From NCBI GenBank assembly GCA_944391215.1, contig CALXSR010000047.1, forward strand, positions 18,535-82,534: 64,000 nucleotides of DNA, in the 5' to 3' direction. The notes beneath the pieces are model-generated. The model was not told the origin of the DNA. It saw nothing but the letters and a program-made list of their open reading frames with translations, and did no database searches. The position numbers were made by a program, and so were the translations under genes. This document shows positions 27,296-37,897 of the stretch, one piece after another; position 1 is the stretch's first letter, and each line of letters starts with the position of its first letter. This stretch comes from an uncultured Clostridia bacterium (GTDB lineage: Bacteria; Bacillota; Dehalobacteriia; UBA4068; CALXSR01).

Positions 27296-29440
27296 TTGCG
27301 GAGAAATCGGTTTACAATGCGGCGGAGAACCTGTTTTGTGTTTGCTGTCGCATTTTTCATATATTGTATTATCATTGGCCGTTTGGGGTATTTACAACTG
27401 ATTAAAGGCGATGAGTTACAGGCAAAAGCGCAGGAGCTGCGTTTGCGCGAGGTGCCGGTAGCTGCTAAGCGTGGGGAGATTTTAGACCGTAATGGCAATA
27501 CGCTTGCTATTAGTGTTAGCGCTGATTCGATTTATGCTTCTCCTCCTGATGTAAAAAGCTCAAAAAAGGAAGAAGAAATTGCGACGCAATTAGCGGAAAT
27601 TTTGGGTATGGATAAAGAAACCGTATTGCAAAAAATTACCGCCGATCAAGCTTTTGTTTGGCTGAAGAGAAAAGCGGATTTTGATAAAGCCGAAGAGGTG
27701 AAAGAAGCGGATTTATCGGGAATCCATATTATCCAAGAAACACAGCGTTTTTATCCGCAAGGTGTTTTAGCCTCGCATATTTTAGGTTTTGCCGGGATTG
27801 ATAATCAAGGCTTGGAAGGCATTGAAAAATCGTGTGATGAAGAACTAAAAGGGGTAGATGGTAGCATCGTTACGGAATATGATGCCCAAAGCAGAGAAAT
27901 CCCCCAATCAACACAGCGATATAATGCCCCTACCGATGGTTATACTTTGGTATTGACCATTGATAAAACATTGCAATATTTTGCCGAACGAGAATTGGAT
28001 AAATTGATGAATAGTGAAACCCCACCTAAAGGGTGTTCTATTTTGATGATGAATCCAAAAACTGGGGAAATATTGGCTATGGCTAGTCGACCCACTTATG
28101 ACCCCAATAATTATGGCAATTATACTCAAGAGGACTTGCGCAATAAATGCGTGGTGGATACTTATGAACCTGGTTCTACCTTTAAAATGATTATTAGTGC
28201 AGCCGCCTTGGAAGAAGGTATTGTAACGCCGGAAAGTAGATTTTATGATCCTGGTTATGCCATGGTTGGAAAAACGAAAATTAAATGTTGGCGTTGGTAT
28301 AACCCACACGGCAGCCAAAGCTTTGCTGAAATTATTCAAAACTCCTGTAACCCTGGTTTTGTAGAAGTTGGTCTGCGGATGGAGGAAAAGGAAAAGGGTA
28401 CCATGTACCGTTATTTAAAAGCATTTGGTTTCGGCCAGAAAACGGGAATCGAACTACCCGGGGAAGCTAGCGGTATTATGATTGCTGAGGACAAATTATC
28501 TAAGGTGAACATAGCCACTATTTCCATTGGGCAATCGATTGCAGTAACTCCCATTCAGCTGGTTACGGCTGTATCGGCAGTAGCAAATGGTGGCACTTTA
28601 TTAAAACCGCAGATTGTGAGAGAGGTCCGTTCTGCTGATGGAAATGTGTTAGAAGAGTTTCAAGTGCGGGAAGTGCGCAGGGTTATTTCAGAACAAACTT
28701 CCCAAACAACTTGTGAATTATTAGAAAAGGTTGTATCCAAAGGAACGGCAAAACAGGCATTCATTCCTGGTTATCGGGTAGCTGGCAAAACTGGTACGGC
28801 CCAAAAAGCAGGCAATGGCGGCTATATGGATGGAAAATATGTGGCCTCTTTTTGTGGCTTTGCCCCTGCTAATGATCCTCAGGTTGTAGCGTTGGTTATA
28901 TTAGATGAACCAAGCGGCGCTTTGTACCAAGGTGGCCAAGTGGCAGCCCCGGTATTTAAGCCTTTGATGGAGGATACTTTGCGCTATTTAGGGGTGCCGG
29001 CGCAAGAATTGGTGGATACGGATTTAGAAGACGATTTGTCCACAAAAACATTGGTTGTGCCGGATGTGAGCGGTTTAAGCTATGAACAAGCAGAAAAAGC
29101 GTTGCAAGCTGCTGGCTTTAAAGTGGAAAATAAAAATAGTGGAACCTATGTAAAAAGTCAATTACCTGCCGGTTTTGCCAAAGTGGCGCAAGGAAGTACG
29201 GTAGTTTTGACCATGACGGATAGTTCGTCGGACGGTTTGGTAGTTGTTCCTGATTTAACAGGGAGAAGAGTGCGGGAAGCAGTGGATATTTTGGGCGCTT
29301 TTGGCTTAAATTTACAAGCCCAAGGAACTGGGTTAGCAGGAGAGCAAAACCCAATTCCAGGCCAGAAAGTACAGGCTGGCAGTACAGTAACGATACAATT
29401 TGCCGAAGAACAAACCGATCCGGTATCAACCGGGCCATAA
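27296..29440 (+). CDS. Class B penicillin-binding protein with two C-terminal PASTA domains (FtsI/PBP2B/SpoVD type)
   Basis: STFK, SCN and KTGTA transpeptidase motifs plus two PASTA repeats (VPDVSGLSYEQAEKAL..., VPDLTGRRVREAVDIL...). TTG 27296 lies 8 nt after AAAGGAG. Confidence 0.9.
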   Translation: MRRNRFTMRRRTCFVFAVAFFIYCIIIGRLGYLQLIKGDELQAKAQELRLREVPVAAKRGEILDRNGNTLAISVSADSIYASPPDVKSSKKEEEIATQLAEILGMDKETVLQKITADQAFVWLKRKADFDKAEEVKEADLSGIHIIQETQRFYPQGVLASHILGFAGIDNQGLEGIEKSCDEELKGVDGSIVTEYDAQSREIPQSTQRYNAPTDGYTLVLTIDKTLQYFAERELDKLMNSETPPKGCSILMMNPKTGEILAMASRPTYDPNNYGNYTQEDLRNKCVVDTYEPGSTFKMIISAAALEEGIVTPESRFYDPGYAMVGKTKIKCWRWYNPHGSQSFAEIIQNSCNPGFVEVGLRMEEKEKGTMYRYLKAFGFGQKTGIELPGEASGIMIAEDKLSKVNIATISIGQSIAVTPIQLVTAVSAVANGGTLLKPQIVREVRSADGNVLEEFQVREVRRVISEQTSQTTCELLEKVVSKGTAKQAFIPGYRVAGKTGTAQKAGNGGYMDGKYVASFCGFAPANDPQVVALVILDEPSGALYQGGQVAAPVFKPLMEDTLRYLGVPAQELVDTDLEDDLSTKTLVVPDVSGLSYEQAEKALQAAGFKVENKNSGTYVKSQLPAGFAKVAQGSTVVLTMTDSSSDGLVVVPDLTGRRVREAVDILGAFGLNLQAQGTGLAGEQNPIPGQKVQAGSTVTIQFAEEQTDPVSTGP

Positions 29441-29458
29441 TGGTAAGGGGGATAGAAT

Positions 29459-30931
29459 ATGCGTTTAGATGCGATGGCTTCTTATTTGGGGATTCAGGAT
29501 TGTCCATATGGAGACAGGGAAATTACTGGAATTCAATATGACTCCAGAAAAGTGGAACCAGGAAATCTTTTTGTCTGTATCAAGGGTTTAAAAACGGATG
29601 GGCATACCTATATTCCCCAGGCTTTAAAAGCAGGGGCAAAAGCTATTTTGGCACAGGATGAAGTAGCTGTTATGCAGCCTTCGGATATTGCTGTTTTGCA
29701 ATATCCTGATACCCGTTTGGGTTTAGCAAAATTATCCGCCTTGTGGTATGGGTTCCCCTCTAAGGAGTTTCGTTTATGGGGGGTTACTGGTACCAATGGG
29801 AAAACAACAACCACCTATTTAATGAAATATGTTTGGGAGCAAGAAAATTTAAAAACTGGTTTGGTTGGTACCGTGCAAAATATGGTAGATAACGAGGTTT
29901 TCCCAGCCGTAAGAACAACCCCAGAATCCTTGGAGCTACAAGAATTATTTCGCAAAATGGCGGATGCTGCTTGCCAAAGAGTGGTAATGGAGGCGTCTTC
30001 GCATGCGTTAAAACAGGATAGGGTCGCAGATACTAGTTTCTCCGGCGCTATTTTTACTAATTTAACGCAGGATCATATGGACTATCACCCAGATATTGCT
30101 GATTATATTCGTAGCAAAGCAAAACTTTTCGGATATTTAAAGAAAAAAGAAGGGCAAAACGTTATGGGTGTAGTAAATATAGACGATGACGCGGCTGATG
30201 CATTTTTAGCGGTAAGTTCTGTACCTGTTTTAACATATGGCATGTCCAAGAAAGCGGATTTGCGTGTGCTTGATTATCAGTTATTATCAAATGGTACTTT
30301 ATTCCATTTTTCTTATGAAGGCAATGCTTATGAAATAAAAATACCGCTGATGGGGAAATTTAATATTTATAATACGCTGGGCGCTATGGGCGCTTTGTTA
30401 GCCGATGGAATCCCGTTAGAAAATATTATCCATCATTTGTCTCATGCTCCGCAAGTTGCTGGTCGTTTTGAATTGGTAGATGGCGGCCAAGACTTTGCTG
30501 TGGTTGTGGATTATGCGCATACGCCAGATGGTTTGGATAATTTATTAAGCACTGCAAGGGAAATTACCAAGGGGCGTTTGATTACGGTATTTGGTTGTGG
30601 CGGGGATAGGGATCGAACGAAAAGACCAATTATGGGGGCAATTTCCGCCCAATATAGTGATTTTAGTTTTATCACTTCGGATAATCCCCGTACGGAAGAT
30701 CCCCTCTTCATCATTGAGGAGGTAGAAGCGGGGCTTAAGGAAGTTAGTACCAAATATGCCGTGGTACCAGATAGAAGAGAAGCCATTTTGCAGGCTATCC
30801 GCTTAGCAAAAACGGGCGATATTGTGGTGATTGCCGGTAAAGGACATGAGAATTATCAGCTGATACAAAATCAAGTATTACCTTTTGATGACCGTAAAGT
30901 AGCTAGAGAAATTTTACAACAATTAAAATAG
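29459..30931 (+). CDS. murE: UDP-N-acetylmuramoyl-L-alanyl-D-glutamate--2,6-diaminopimelate (or lysine) ligase
   Basis: GVTGTNGKTTT P-loop, DNPR motif (SDNPRTEDP), and dcw position. Confidence 0.93.
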   Translation: MRLDAMASYLGIQDCPYGDREITGIQYDSRKVEPGNLFVCIKGLKTDGHTYIPQALKAGAKAILAQDEVAVMQPSDIAVLQYPDTRLGLAKLSALWYGFPSKEFRLWGVTGTNGKTTTTYLMKYVWEQENLKTGLVGTVQNMVDNEVFPAVRTTPESLELQELFRKMADAACQRVVMEASSHALKQDRVADTSFSGAIFTNLTQDHMDYHPDIADYIRSKAKLFGYLKKKEGQNVMGVVNIDDDAADAFLAVSSVPVLTYGMSKKADLRVLDYQLLSNGTLFHFSYEGNAYEIKIPLMGKFNIYNTLGAMGALLADGIPLENIIHHLSHAPQVAGRFELVDGGQDFAVVVDYAHTPDGLDNLLSTAREITKGRLITVFGCGGDRDRTKRPIMGAISAQYSDFSFITSDNPRTEDPLFIIEEVEAGLKEVSTKYAVVPDRREAILQAIRLAKTGDIVVIAGKGHENYQLIQNQVLPFDDRKVAREILQQLK

Positions 30932-30967
30932 ACGACACTCTAAAATAAGTAGCAAAGGAGCAATAAA

Positions 30968-31951
30968 ATGAAAATTGCCTTAGCGGCTTTGCTCACCGCT
31001 TTAGTAATAGGGCTTGTTTTAGGGCCGGTATTGGTACCGGCTTTAAAATGGTTAAAATTTGGCCAAACCATCCGTACCGACGGCCCTAGTCGACATTTGC
31101 AAAAGGCTGGTACCCCTACGATGGGTGGTATTATTTTTATTATCGCTTTTGTCGTTTCTTGCCTTATTTGGGGCTTTTATTCGAAAGAATTGTTTATCGT
31201 TATGGGGGCGGTTTTGGCTTTTGGTTTGGTTGGCTTTTTAGACGATTTTATTAAAGTAGCATTAAAGCGCTCTTTGGGTTTAAAAGCAAGGGAAAAACTG
31301 GTAGGGCAATTCTTTTTTGCTTTTCTTTTTGTGTATTTGGTGTGTCAAGTATTGGGCCGGGGAACGGATATTATTATTCCTGGCTTGGATTACCGTTTGG
31401 AACTGGGTTGGTTTTATTATGCCCTAATAAGTGTTTGCGTGGTATTTTTAGTAAATGCTGTAAATTTAACGGATGGATTAGACGGTTTATGTTCCGGCAT
31501 TTCTTTTTTGGTCTTTTTAGGCTATATGATTATCTGTTTGCTGGCCATTCAGAATCCGCCAGTGGCAGATATGCATTATTTGGATATGGCGATAGCAGCT
31601 GGCGCTTTAGCCGGTGGTTGTCTTTCCTTTTTAGCTGTAAATCATTACCCGGCTAAGGTTTTTATGGGTGATGTAGGGTCTTTGGCTTTAGGAGGCGGGG
31701 CAGCTATTTTTATGATTATGACCAAAACAGAAGTGATTTCTGTTTTTATTAACTTGATTTTTATTGTGGAGGCGCTATCTGTTACTTTGCAGGTAATCAG
31801 CTTTCGTTTGTTTGGAAAAAGAATTTTTTTGATGAGCCCTTTGCATCATCATTATGAGATGAAGGGTTGGTCAGAAACAAGAATTGTGTATACCTTTTAT
31901 TTGGTAGCAGGGTTGGGTATTTTATGCGGTTTGCTCTTCACCCTGCTTTGA
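30968..31951 (+). CDS. mraY: Phospho-N-acetylmuramoyl-pentapeptide transferase
   Basis: Polytopic protein with GTPTMGG and NLTDGLDGL motifs. Confidence 0.95.
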   Translation: MKIALAALLTALVIGLVLGPVLVPALKWLKFGQTIRTDGPSRHLQKAGTPTMGGIIFIIAFVVSCLIWGFYSKELFIVMGAVLAFGLVGFLDDFIKVALKRSLGLKAREKLVGQFFFAFLFVYLVCQVLGRGTDIIIPGLDYRLELGWFYYALISVCVVFLVNAVNLTDGLDGLCSGISFLVFLGYMIICLLAIQNPPVADMHYLDMAIAAGALAGGCLSFLAVNHYPAKVFMGDVGSLALGGGAAIFMIMTKTEVISVFINLIFIVEALSVTLQVISFRLFGKRIFLMSPLHHHYEMKGWSETRIVYTFYLVAGLGILCGLLFTLL

Positions 31952-31973
31952 TTAGATAGGAGGAATTCCTTTG

Positions 31974-33347
31974 ATGAAACATACTTTAGTGATTGGGGCT
32001 GGCAAAAGCGGACAGGCGGCAGCCCGTTTTTTGTTGCAAAAGAAAATTCCGGTCATGTTGTACGATGGAAAAATGCAAGAACCCTTTGCAGATAGCATTT
32101 TAGATTTGCAAAAAAGGGGAGTTCTTTTATATATGGGTGGTCAAAATCCGCCTTTGCAAATGCTAGAGCAGGTAATAATTAGCCCAGGGGTTCCTTTGCA
32201 AATCCCTTTGGTGCAAGAGATTATACGAAATAAAATTCCTTTGCTGGGCGAATTGGAATTTGCTTACCAACATGCGCATAATCCTTTTATTGCCATTACC
32301 GGTACCAATGGTAAGACGACTACCACTGCTTTAGTAGGACAAATGATAAAAGATGCGGGATTATCGTCTTTTGTTGGTGGAAATATTGGTACGCCCTTAA
32401 TAGACGTCGTTGAAAGTTTACCGCAAGACGCTACTATTGTAGCGGAAGTGTCCAGTTTTCAACTGGAAACAACGCAAAATTTTAAGCCTCGTATTGGAGT
32501 TATTCTAAATATTACGCCGGATCATTTGGACCGGCATGGCAATATGGAAAATTATATTGCTGCCAAAGCATCTATTTTTGCCCGGCAAAATAAAAATGAC
32601 GATACGATATTGAATTATGACGACCCTATTTTGCGTAAACTGGCTGCGTCTTCTCCTGGACGGGTTGTCTTTTTTAGCCGTAAGGAAATATTACCACAAG
32701 GTGTTTTTGTAGAGGATGGGAAAATTGTGGTAGGAGAAAACGGACAAAAAACGCCTATTTTACCAATTTCTGACATATATATAAAAGGCGCCCATAATAT
32801 TGAAAATGCTTTGGCTGCGGTGGCTTGCGGATATTGTTTGGGGCTAAAACCGCAAAGCATGGCACATAGCTTGGTTACCTTTACTGGGATGCCGCACCGT
32901 TTGGAATTTGTTGCAAACATAAATGATGTGCTTTATGTTAACGATTCCAAAGGAACCAATCCAGATTCAACAATTAAGGCCATTGAGGCCTATCCCAACC
33001 CTTTACTTTTGATTGCAGGCGGGTATAATAAAAACAGTAATTATACCGCTATGCTTGAAGCTTTGCGGCCGAAGTGTCAATATTTATTGTTGCTGGGCGA
33101 AACAGCAGAAGCAATTGCGGAAACGGCTTTGCAAGTGGGTATACCAAAAGAAAAAATTATGCAATTTGAAAGTTTACAGGAGGTTGTGGCTAAGGCCTTT
33201 GTTTTGGCACAAAAAGGGGATATGGTATTGCTTTCTCCGGCTTGTGCCAGTTGGGATATGTTTGCGAATTTTGAACAACGCGGGAACTTGTTTAAGTCTT
33301 TGGTAAAAGAAAAAATGGGGGATCGGAATGGCGAAAAGGCCGAATAG
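31974..33347 (+). CDS. murD: UDP-N-acetylmuramoylalanine--D-glutamate ligase
   Basis: N-terminal GAGKSG and ITGTNGKTTTT motifs. TTG 31971 is an alternative start. Confidence 0.93.
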   Translation: MKHTLVIGAGKSGQAAARFLLQKKIPVMLYDGKMQEPFADSILDLQKRGVLLYMGGQNPPLQMLEQVIISPGVPLQIPLVQEIIRNKIPLLGELEFAYQHAHNPFIAITGTNGKTTTTALVGQMIKDAGLSSFVGGNIGTPLIDVVESLPQDATIVAEVSSFQLETTQNFKPRIGVILNITPDHLDRHGNMENYIAAKASIFARQNKNDDTILNYDDPILRKLAASSPGRVVFFSRKEILPQGVFVEDGKIVVGENGQKTPILPISDIYIKGAHNIENALAAVACGYCLGLKPQSMAHSLVTFTGMPHRLEFVANINDVLYVNDSKGTNPDSTIKAIEAYPNPLLLIAGGYNKNSNYTAMLEALRPKCQYLLLLGETAEAIAETALQVGIPKEKIMQFESLQEVVAKAFVLAQKGDMVLLSPACASWDMFANFEQRGNLFKSLVKEKMGDRNGEKAE

Positions 33348-34455
33348 AGAAGAAACAATAAAAAGAGCACCAGATTTTGGCATTTTACTGTCTGTCGTGG
33401 TATTATTAGGTATTGGCACTATTATGGTATTTAGTTCCAGTCAATACTTTGCCCAATACTATCCGTATTATGATTCTTTTTATTTTTTAAAAAGACAATT
33501 GGTCAATGTGGCAGTGGGAATTTGCGGTATGATCTTTTTTATGAAGGTAAAATATACTTATTGGAAAAAATTTTCTTTACCGGCCCTTATTTTTTGCGTG
33601 GTATTGCTCCTTTTGATTTTTCTTTCCGGTTTAGGTGTGGAAGGTGGAGGAGCTGCACGTTGGCTTAACATTGGTGGGTTTCAGTTTCAACCTTCTGAAG
33701 TTGCGAAAGTTTGTATGATTTTATATATGGCTACTTATTTAACGCGAAATCAGTTTAATATTCAAAAATCCTTTCGCTCCTTTGCAATTGCCGTTGCTAT
33801 TTTTGGGACGGTTGCTATGTTGGTTGTTGTACAACCGGGATTAAGTACGGGTATTGTAATTGCTGCTACTTGCTATGTTATGATGATTTGCATTGGTTGC
33901 AAACCGGCCCATTTATTAAGTTTAATGGGGTTGGGGGTTGCCGCTGTTATTGCTGCCATTATTTTAGAGCCTTTCCGTATGCGGCGGATTGTTGCGTTTA
34001 TGAATCCTTGGGCCGATGCGCAGGACTCAGGTTTTCAGACTGTGCAATCGTTGTTAGCAATTGGTAGTGGCGGTTTTTCCGGTGCGGGCTTAGGCGCCGG
34101 CGGGGCCAAATGGTACTATTTACCAGCGCAGCATACTGACTTTATTTTTTCCGTTTTGGCGGAAGAATTGGGCTTTATTGGAGCTGCTTTGGTGGTAGCG
34201 CTGTTTCTATTTTTTATTTGGCGTGGTTTTTTGGTCTCGATTCGCTGTCCTGATGTATTTGGCAGCTTATTAGCAGTAGGGATTACTTCTATGATTGGTA
34301 TTCAAGCCATGATTAATTTAATGGTTGCAACAGGGCTTTTCCCTGTTACTGGTGTAACATTACCTTTTATTAGTTATGGGGGGACATCTCTGGTCATATC
34401 GTTAGCTTCCGTTGGTTTATTGCTGAGTGTGTCTTGTTATACGAAATTAGATTGA
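33328..34455 (+). CDS. ftsW: SEDS-family peptidoglycan glycosyltransferase FtsW/SpoVE
   Basis: Polytopic SEDS protein with the FQPSE motif. It overlaps the murD end by 20 nt. Confidence 0.9.
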   Translation: MAKRPNREETIKRAPDFGILLSVVVLLGIGTIMVFSSSQYFAQYYPYYDSFYFLKRQLVNVAVGICGMIFFMKVKYTYWKKFSLPALIFCVVLLLLIFLSGLGVEGGGAARWLNIGGFQFQPSEVAKVCMILYMATYLTRNQFNIQKSFRSFAIAVAIFGTVAMLVVVQPGLSTGIVIAATCYVMMICIGCKPAHLLSLMGLGVAAVIAAIILEPFRMRRIVAFMNPWADAQDSGFQTVQSLLAIGSGGFSGAGLGAGGAKWYYLPAQHTDFIFSVLAEELGFIGAALVVALFLFFIWRGFLVSIRCPDVFGSLLAVGITSMIGIQAMINLMVATGLFPVTGVTLPFISYGGTSLVISLASVGLLLSVSCYTKLD

Positions 34456-34468
34456 AGAGGAAAATCAT

Positions 34469-35578
34469 ATGCGTAATATTATACTTTGTGGTGGAGGAAC
34501 TGGAGGGCATATTTATCCAGCCTTAGCGATTGGTGAGGGGTTGAGAAAAGCTTATCCCGATGCTTGTATTTTATATGCCGGCACGCCTCAAGGTCCGGAG
34601 AAGGAATTGGCCCAGGCGGCGGGATTTTCTTTTTTGCCTATCGATGCAGCTGGCCTGCCAAGTAAACCTTCTGTGAAAACAGTAAAAAGCTTGATGGCTA
34701 CTTGGCGAGGGTATCGGCAAGCCAAGAAAATGATAATGGAAAAGAATCCGGCCTTGGTGATTGGTACGGGTGGCTATGTATGCGGTCCGGTTGTTTTGGC
34801 GGCAGCCAAAAAAGAAATTCCTACTTTATTGCATGAGCAAAATGCTGTAGCTGGAAAGACAAACCGGATGTTATCCCAATATGTTGATAAGATATGTTTA
34901 ACTTTTCAAGAAGCAGAAAATAGTTTTTCGGCGGAAGTAAAAAAGAAAACCGTTTTAACGGGGCTTCCGGTTCGAGATTGTTTTTGGCATGCGGATAAGA
35001 CAAAAGCACAAGCATTTTTCCATTTAGACCCAAGTAAAGTGACCATATTTGAAACAGGCGGTAGCCAAGGGGCGCAAAGTTTAAATAGGGCTTTATCAGC
35101 TATTTATCCGGATTTATTACAAATGAATTGTCAAATTATCCATGCGGTTGGTAAAAAAAATATTGCAGAAATGAAAGAAGTTTGCAATAATTTAGGATTG
35201 GATGAAGAAAAAGGCCTTTTCCTGTATCCCTATTTGCAAGAAATGGATTTGGCGTTGGCAGCCAGTGATATTGTGTTAAGTCGAGCAGGGGCTTCTTTTT
35301 TAGCAGAACTTTGTGCAGTAGGTAGAGCAGCTATTTTGGTGCCCTATCCTTTTGCTGCGAATGATCATCAACGGGCAAATGCAAATAGCTTAGTAAAGGG
35401 CGGCGCGGCTGTCTTATTAGAAGATATGGAAATGAATAAAGAAACCTTATTAGCTACTTTAAAGCCTTTGATGCAAGATCGGGAAAAAAGGCAAGAAATG
35501 GCTAGAAAAATGGCAACATTCGGTAAACGGGATGCTTTGCAAAAAATATTAGACGAATGTGCTGCTTTGTTAAAATAA
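34469..35578 (+). CDS. murG: UDP-N-acetylglucosamine--N-acetylmuramyl-(pentapeptide) pyrophosphoryl-undecaprenol GlcNAc transferase
   Basis: GGTGGHIYPALA N-terminus and GT28 layout. Confidence 0.93.
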   Translation: MRNIILCGGGTGGHIYPALAIGEGLRKAYPDACILYAGTPQGPEKELAQAAGFSFLPIDAAGLPSKPSVKTVKSLMATWRGYRQAKKMIMEKNPALVIGTGGYVCGPVVLAAAKKEIPTLLHEQNAVAGKTNRMLSQYVDKICLTFQEAENSFSAEVKKKTVLTGLPVRDCFWHADKTKAQAFFHLDPSKVTIFETGGSQGAQSLNRALSAIYPDLLQMNCQIIHAVGKKNIAEMKEVCNNLGLDEEKGLFLYPYLQEMDLALAASDIVLSRAGASFLAELCAVGRAAILVPYPFAANDHQRANANSLVKGGAAVLLEDMEMNKETLLATLKPLMQDREKRQEMARKMATFGKRDALQKILDECAALLK

Positions 35579-35582
35579 AGGA

Positions 35583-36983
35583 GTGGAAATTTTGACAAAA
35601 CTAGCGGGCAAAAAAACGCATTTTATAGGCATCGGCGGAGCAGGTATGAGTGGGTTGGCTAAAATTTTGTTGGAAAAGAATTTTACAGTGAGTGGTTCAG
35701 ACTTGAAAGAGTCTCCAAGCACTGATTTGTTGCGTTCTTTGGGGGCGACCGTTGCGATAGGACAAAAAGCTGAAAATATTGATGACGATGTAGATTTAGT
35801 AGTTTATTCTTCCGCCATTAAGCCGGACAATCCGGAAATGGTGGAAGCGCGAAGCCGTAATTTGGAAATCATCAGTCGCGCGGCTTTGCTTGCCCGTATC
35901 ATGGCGCAACAAGAAAGCTTAGCAATTGCCGGCGCGCATGGTAAAACGACCACAACCGGGATGATTTCTTTAATGCTTGAAAAAGCTGGTTTGAAACCAT
36001 CCATTGTAATAGGTGGTTTATTGCCGCAAATAGGCGCCAATGCTAAAATTGGCAGCGGTCGATATCTAATTTCAGAAGCAGATGAGAGCGATGGTTCTTT
36101 TTTAATTCTTCATCCTAAAATGGCTGTTATTACAAATATAGAACGGGATCATTTAGATTTTTATGAGAACTTAAATCGTATTATTGATGCTTTTGAAAAA
36201 TTTGTTCAGCAGTTGCCGCAAGATGGTTTTGCTATCGTCGGATTAGATAATGAGATAGTGGCTGATATGGTGAAAAGAATTCCCGGACATTATATTGGTT
36301 TTGGTTTGCAAAATGCAGATGCTGATTATCAGGCAGTTGATATTGTATTACATAAAAATGGCTCAACTTGTACTATATTGGAAAGAGGCGAAATGTTAGG
36401 TCAATTAGATTTACAAGTGCCTGGGAAACATAATATTCAAAATGCTTTGGCGGCGATTGCGTTTGGCCGCACCATTGGCATGGAATTTCCAATGATTACT
36501 GCTGGCTTACAGGCATTTACCGGCGTTGGTCGTCGTTTTGAAAAACTGGGCGAAGGTTTGGGCATTACTGTGGTAGACGATTATGCGCATCATCCAACTG
36601 AAATACGGGCTACTTTACAAGCTGCTTTACAAATGGGGTATCAAAGGGTAATTTGTGTTTTTCAACCGCATCGTTATTCTAGGACCAAGGCATTGGCGGA
36701 AGAATTTGGCAGTGCTTTTACTGGTGCGGATATGGTAGTTATCAATGAAATTTATAGCGCTTCGGAAAAACCGTTACCCGGAGTTTCGGCACAGCTTTTG
36801 GTAGACGCTATACAAAAAAATGGCCAGAAGGAAGTATCTTATGCCCCTACGGAAGAGGCTGTTTTACAATTTTTGCATAAAAATATGCAAGCTGGGGATT
36901 TGGTTTTAATTATGGGAGCAGGGAATATTCGTCATGCCGGGGAGTTACTTGCGCAGGAATTGGAGGCGTGGTCATGTCAATAG
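35583..36983 (+). CDS. murC: UDP-N-acetylmuramate--L-alanine ligase
   Basis: GIGGAGMSGLA and GAHGKTTTT motifs. GTG start. Confidence 0.93.
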   Translation: MEILTKLAGKKTHFIGIGGAGMSGLAKILLEKNFTVSGSDLKESPSTDLLRSLGATVAIGQKAENIDDDVDLVVYSSAIKPDNPEMVEARSRNLEIISRAALLARIMAQQESLAIAGAHGKTTTTGMISLMLEKAGLKPSIVIGGLLPQIGANAKIGSGRYLISEADESDGSFLILHPKMAVITNIERDHLDFYENLNRIIDAFEKFVQQLPQDGFAIVGLDNEIVADMVKRIPGHYIGFGLQNADADYQAVDIVLHKNGSTCTILERGEMLGQLDLQVPGKHNIQNALAAIAFGRTIGMEFPMITAGLQAFTGVGRRFEKLGEGLGITVVDDYAHHPTEIRATLQAALQMGYQRVICVFQPHRYSRTKALAEEFGSAFTGADMVVINEIYSASEKPLPGVSAQLLVDAIQKNGQKEVSYAPTEEAVLQFLHKNMQAGDLVLIMGAGNIRHAGELLAQELEAWSCQ

Positions 36984-37882
36984 ATTGGCTACTAACCCAA
37001 TTAGCCGATTCTTTTTCCGGCTCTTTGCGGGTAGCAGAACCGATGAGCAAACATACCACCTGGCGTATTGGCGGCCCAGCAGATTTATTAGCGATTCCAG
37101 CGAATGAGAGGGATTTGCTCTCTCTTTTTTCTTATTGTCAGGAGATTGGCTTGCCTTGGCAAATTATTGGTCGCGGAAGTAATCTTTTGGTAAAGGATGG
37201 CGGTATCCGCGGAGTAGTGATTAAAATTGACCGTAGTTTGGGCAAGATTACTTGGTTGCCAAATGGACTGTATGCCCAGGCCGGTATTTCCTTTATGTCT
37301 TTGGCGCAAAAAAGCGTAGAACATGGTTTTACCGGTTTAGAATGGGCTTGTGGCATCCCTGGTAATTTGGGCGGCGCTGTAATTATGAATGCTGGGGCCT
37401 ATAAAGCGCAATTAAGCGATTATGTAACCAAAATTGATATTCTTGAATATACTGGCTGCAAGAAAGAAGTAATGGCGTCCGATATTGATTTTTCCTATCG
37501 CAAAAGTAATTTAGTTGGGAAACCGTTAGCCATACTAGGCGTTTCTTTGCAGTTAAAGCCAGGCAATTTTGTAGAAGGTCGGGAAAAAATGCGGCAATTA
37601 TGCGCTATTCGACGGGATAAACAGCCTTTGGAATATCCGTCGGCAGGCAGCGTGTTTAAAAATCCGCCAAATGATTTTGCCGGTCGTTTGATTGAGGCTG
37701 CCGGTTGTAAAGGGCTGACAGTTGGCGGCGCACAGGTTTCAACAAAACATGCTAATTTTATTGTAAATATTGGGCACGCTCAGGCAAATGATGTCATAAC
37801 TTTGATGGCGATGGTTCAAGATAGAGTAGAGAAGATGAGCGGTATTGTGTTGGAGCCGGAAGTGCATGTGATAGGAGAGTAA
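36974..37882 (+). CDS. murB: UDP-N-acetylenolpyruvoylglucosamine reductase
   Basis: FAD-binding domain (GGPADLL, GRGSNLLV) and AGSVFKNP. ATG 36974 lies 7 nt after GGAGG and overlaps the murC end. Confidence 0.92.
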   Translation: MSIDWLLTQLADSFSGSLRVAEPMSKHTTWRIGGPADLLAIPANERDLLSLFSYCQEIGLPWQIIGRGSNLLVKDGGIRGVVIKIDRSLGKITWLPNGLYAQAGISFMSLAQKSVEHGFTGLEWACGIPGNLGGAVIMNAGAYKAQLSDYVTKIDILEYTGCKKEVMASDIDFSYRKSNLVGKPLAILGVSLQLKPGNFVEGREKMRQLCAIRRDKQPLEYPSAGSVFKNPPNDFAGRLIEAAGCKGLTVGGAQVSTKHANFIVNIGHAQANDVITLMAMVQDRVEKMSGIVLEPEVHVIGE

Positions 37883-37897
37883 CCGACGCCCACGGGG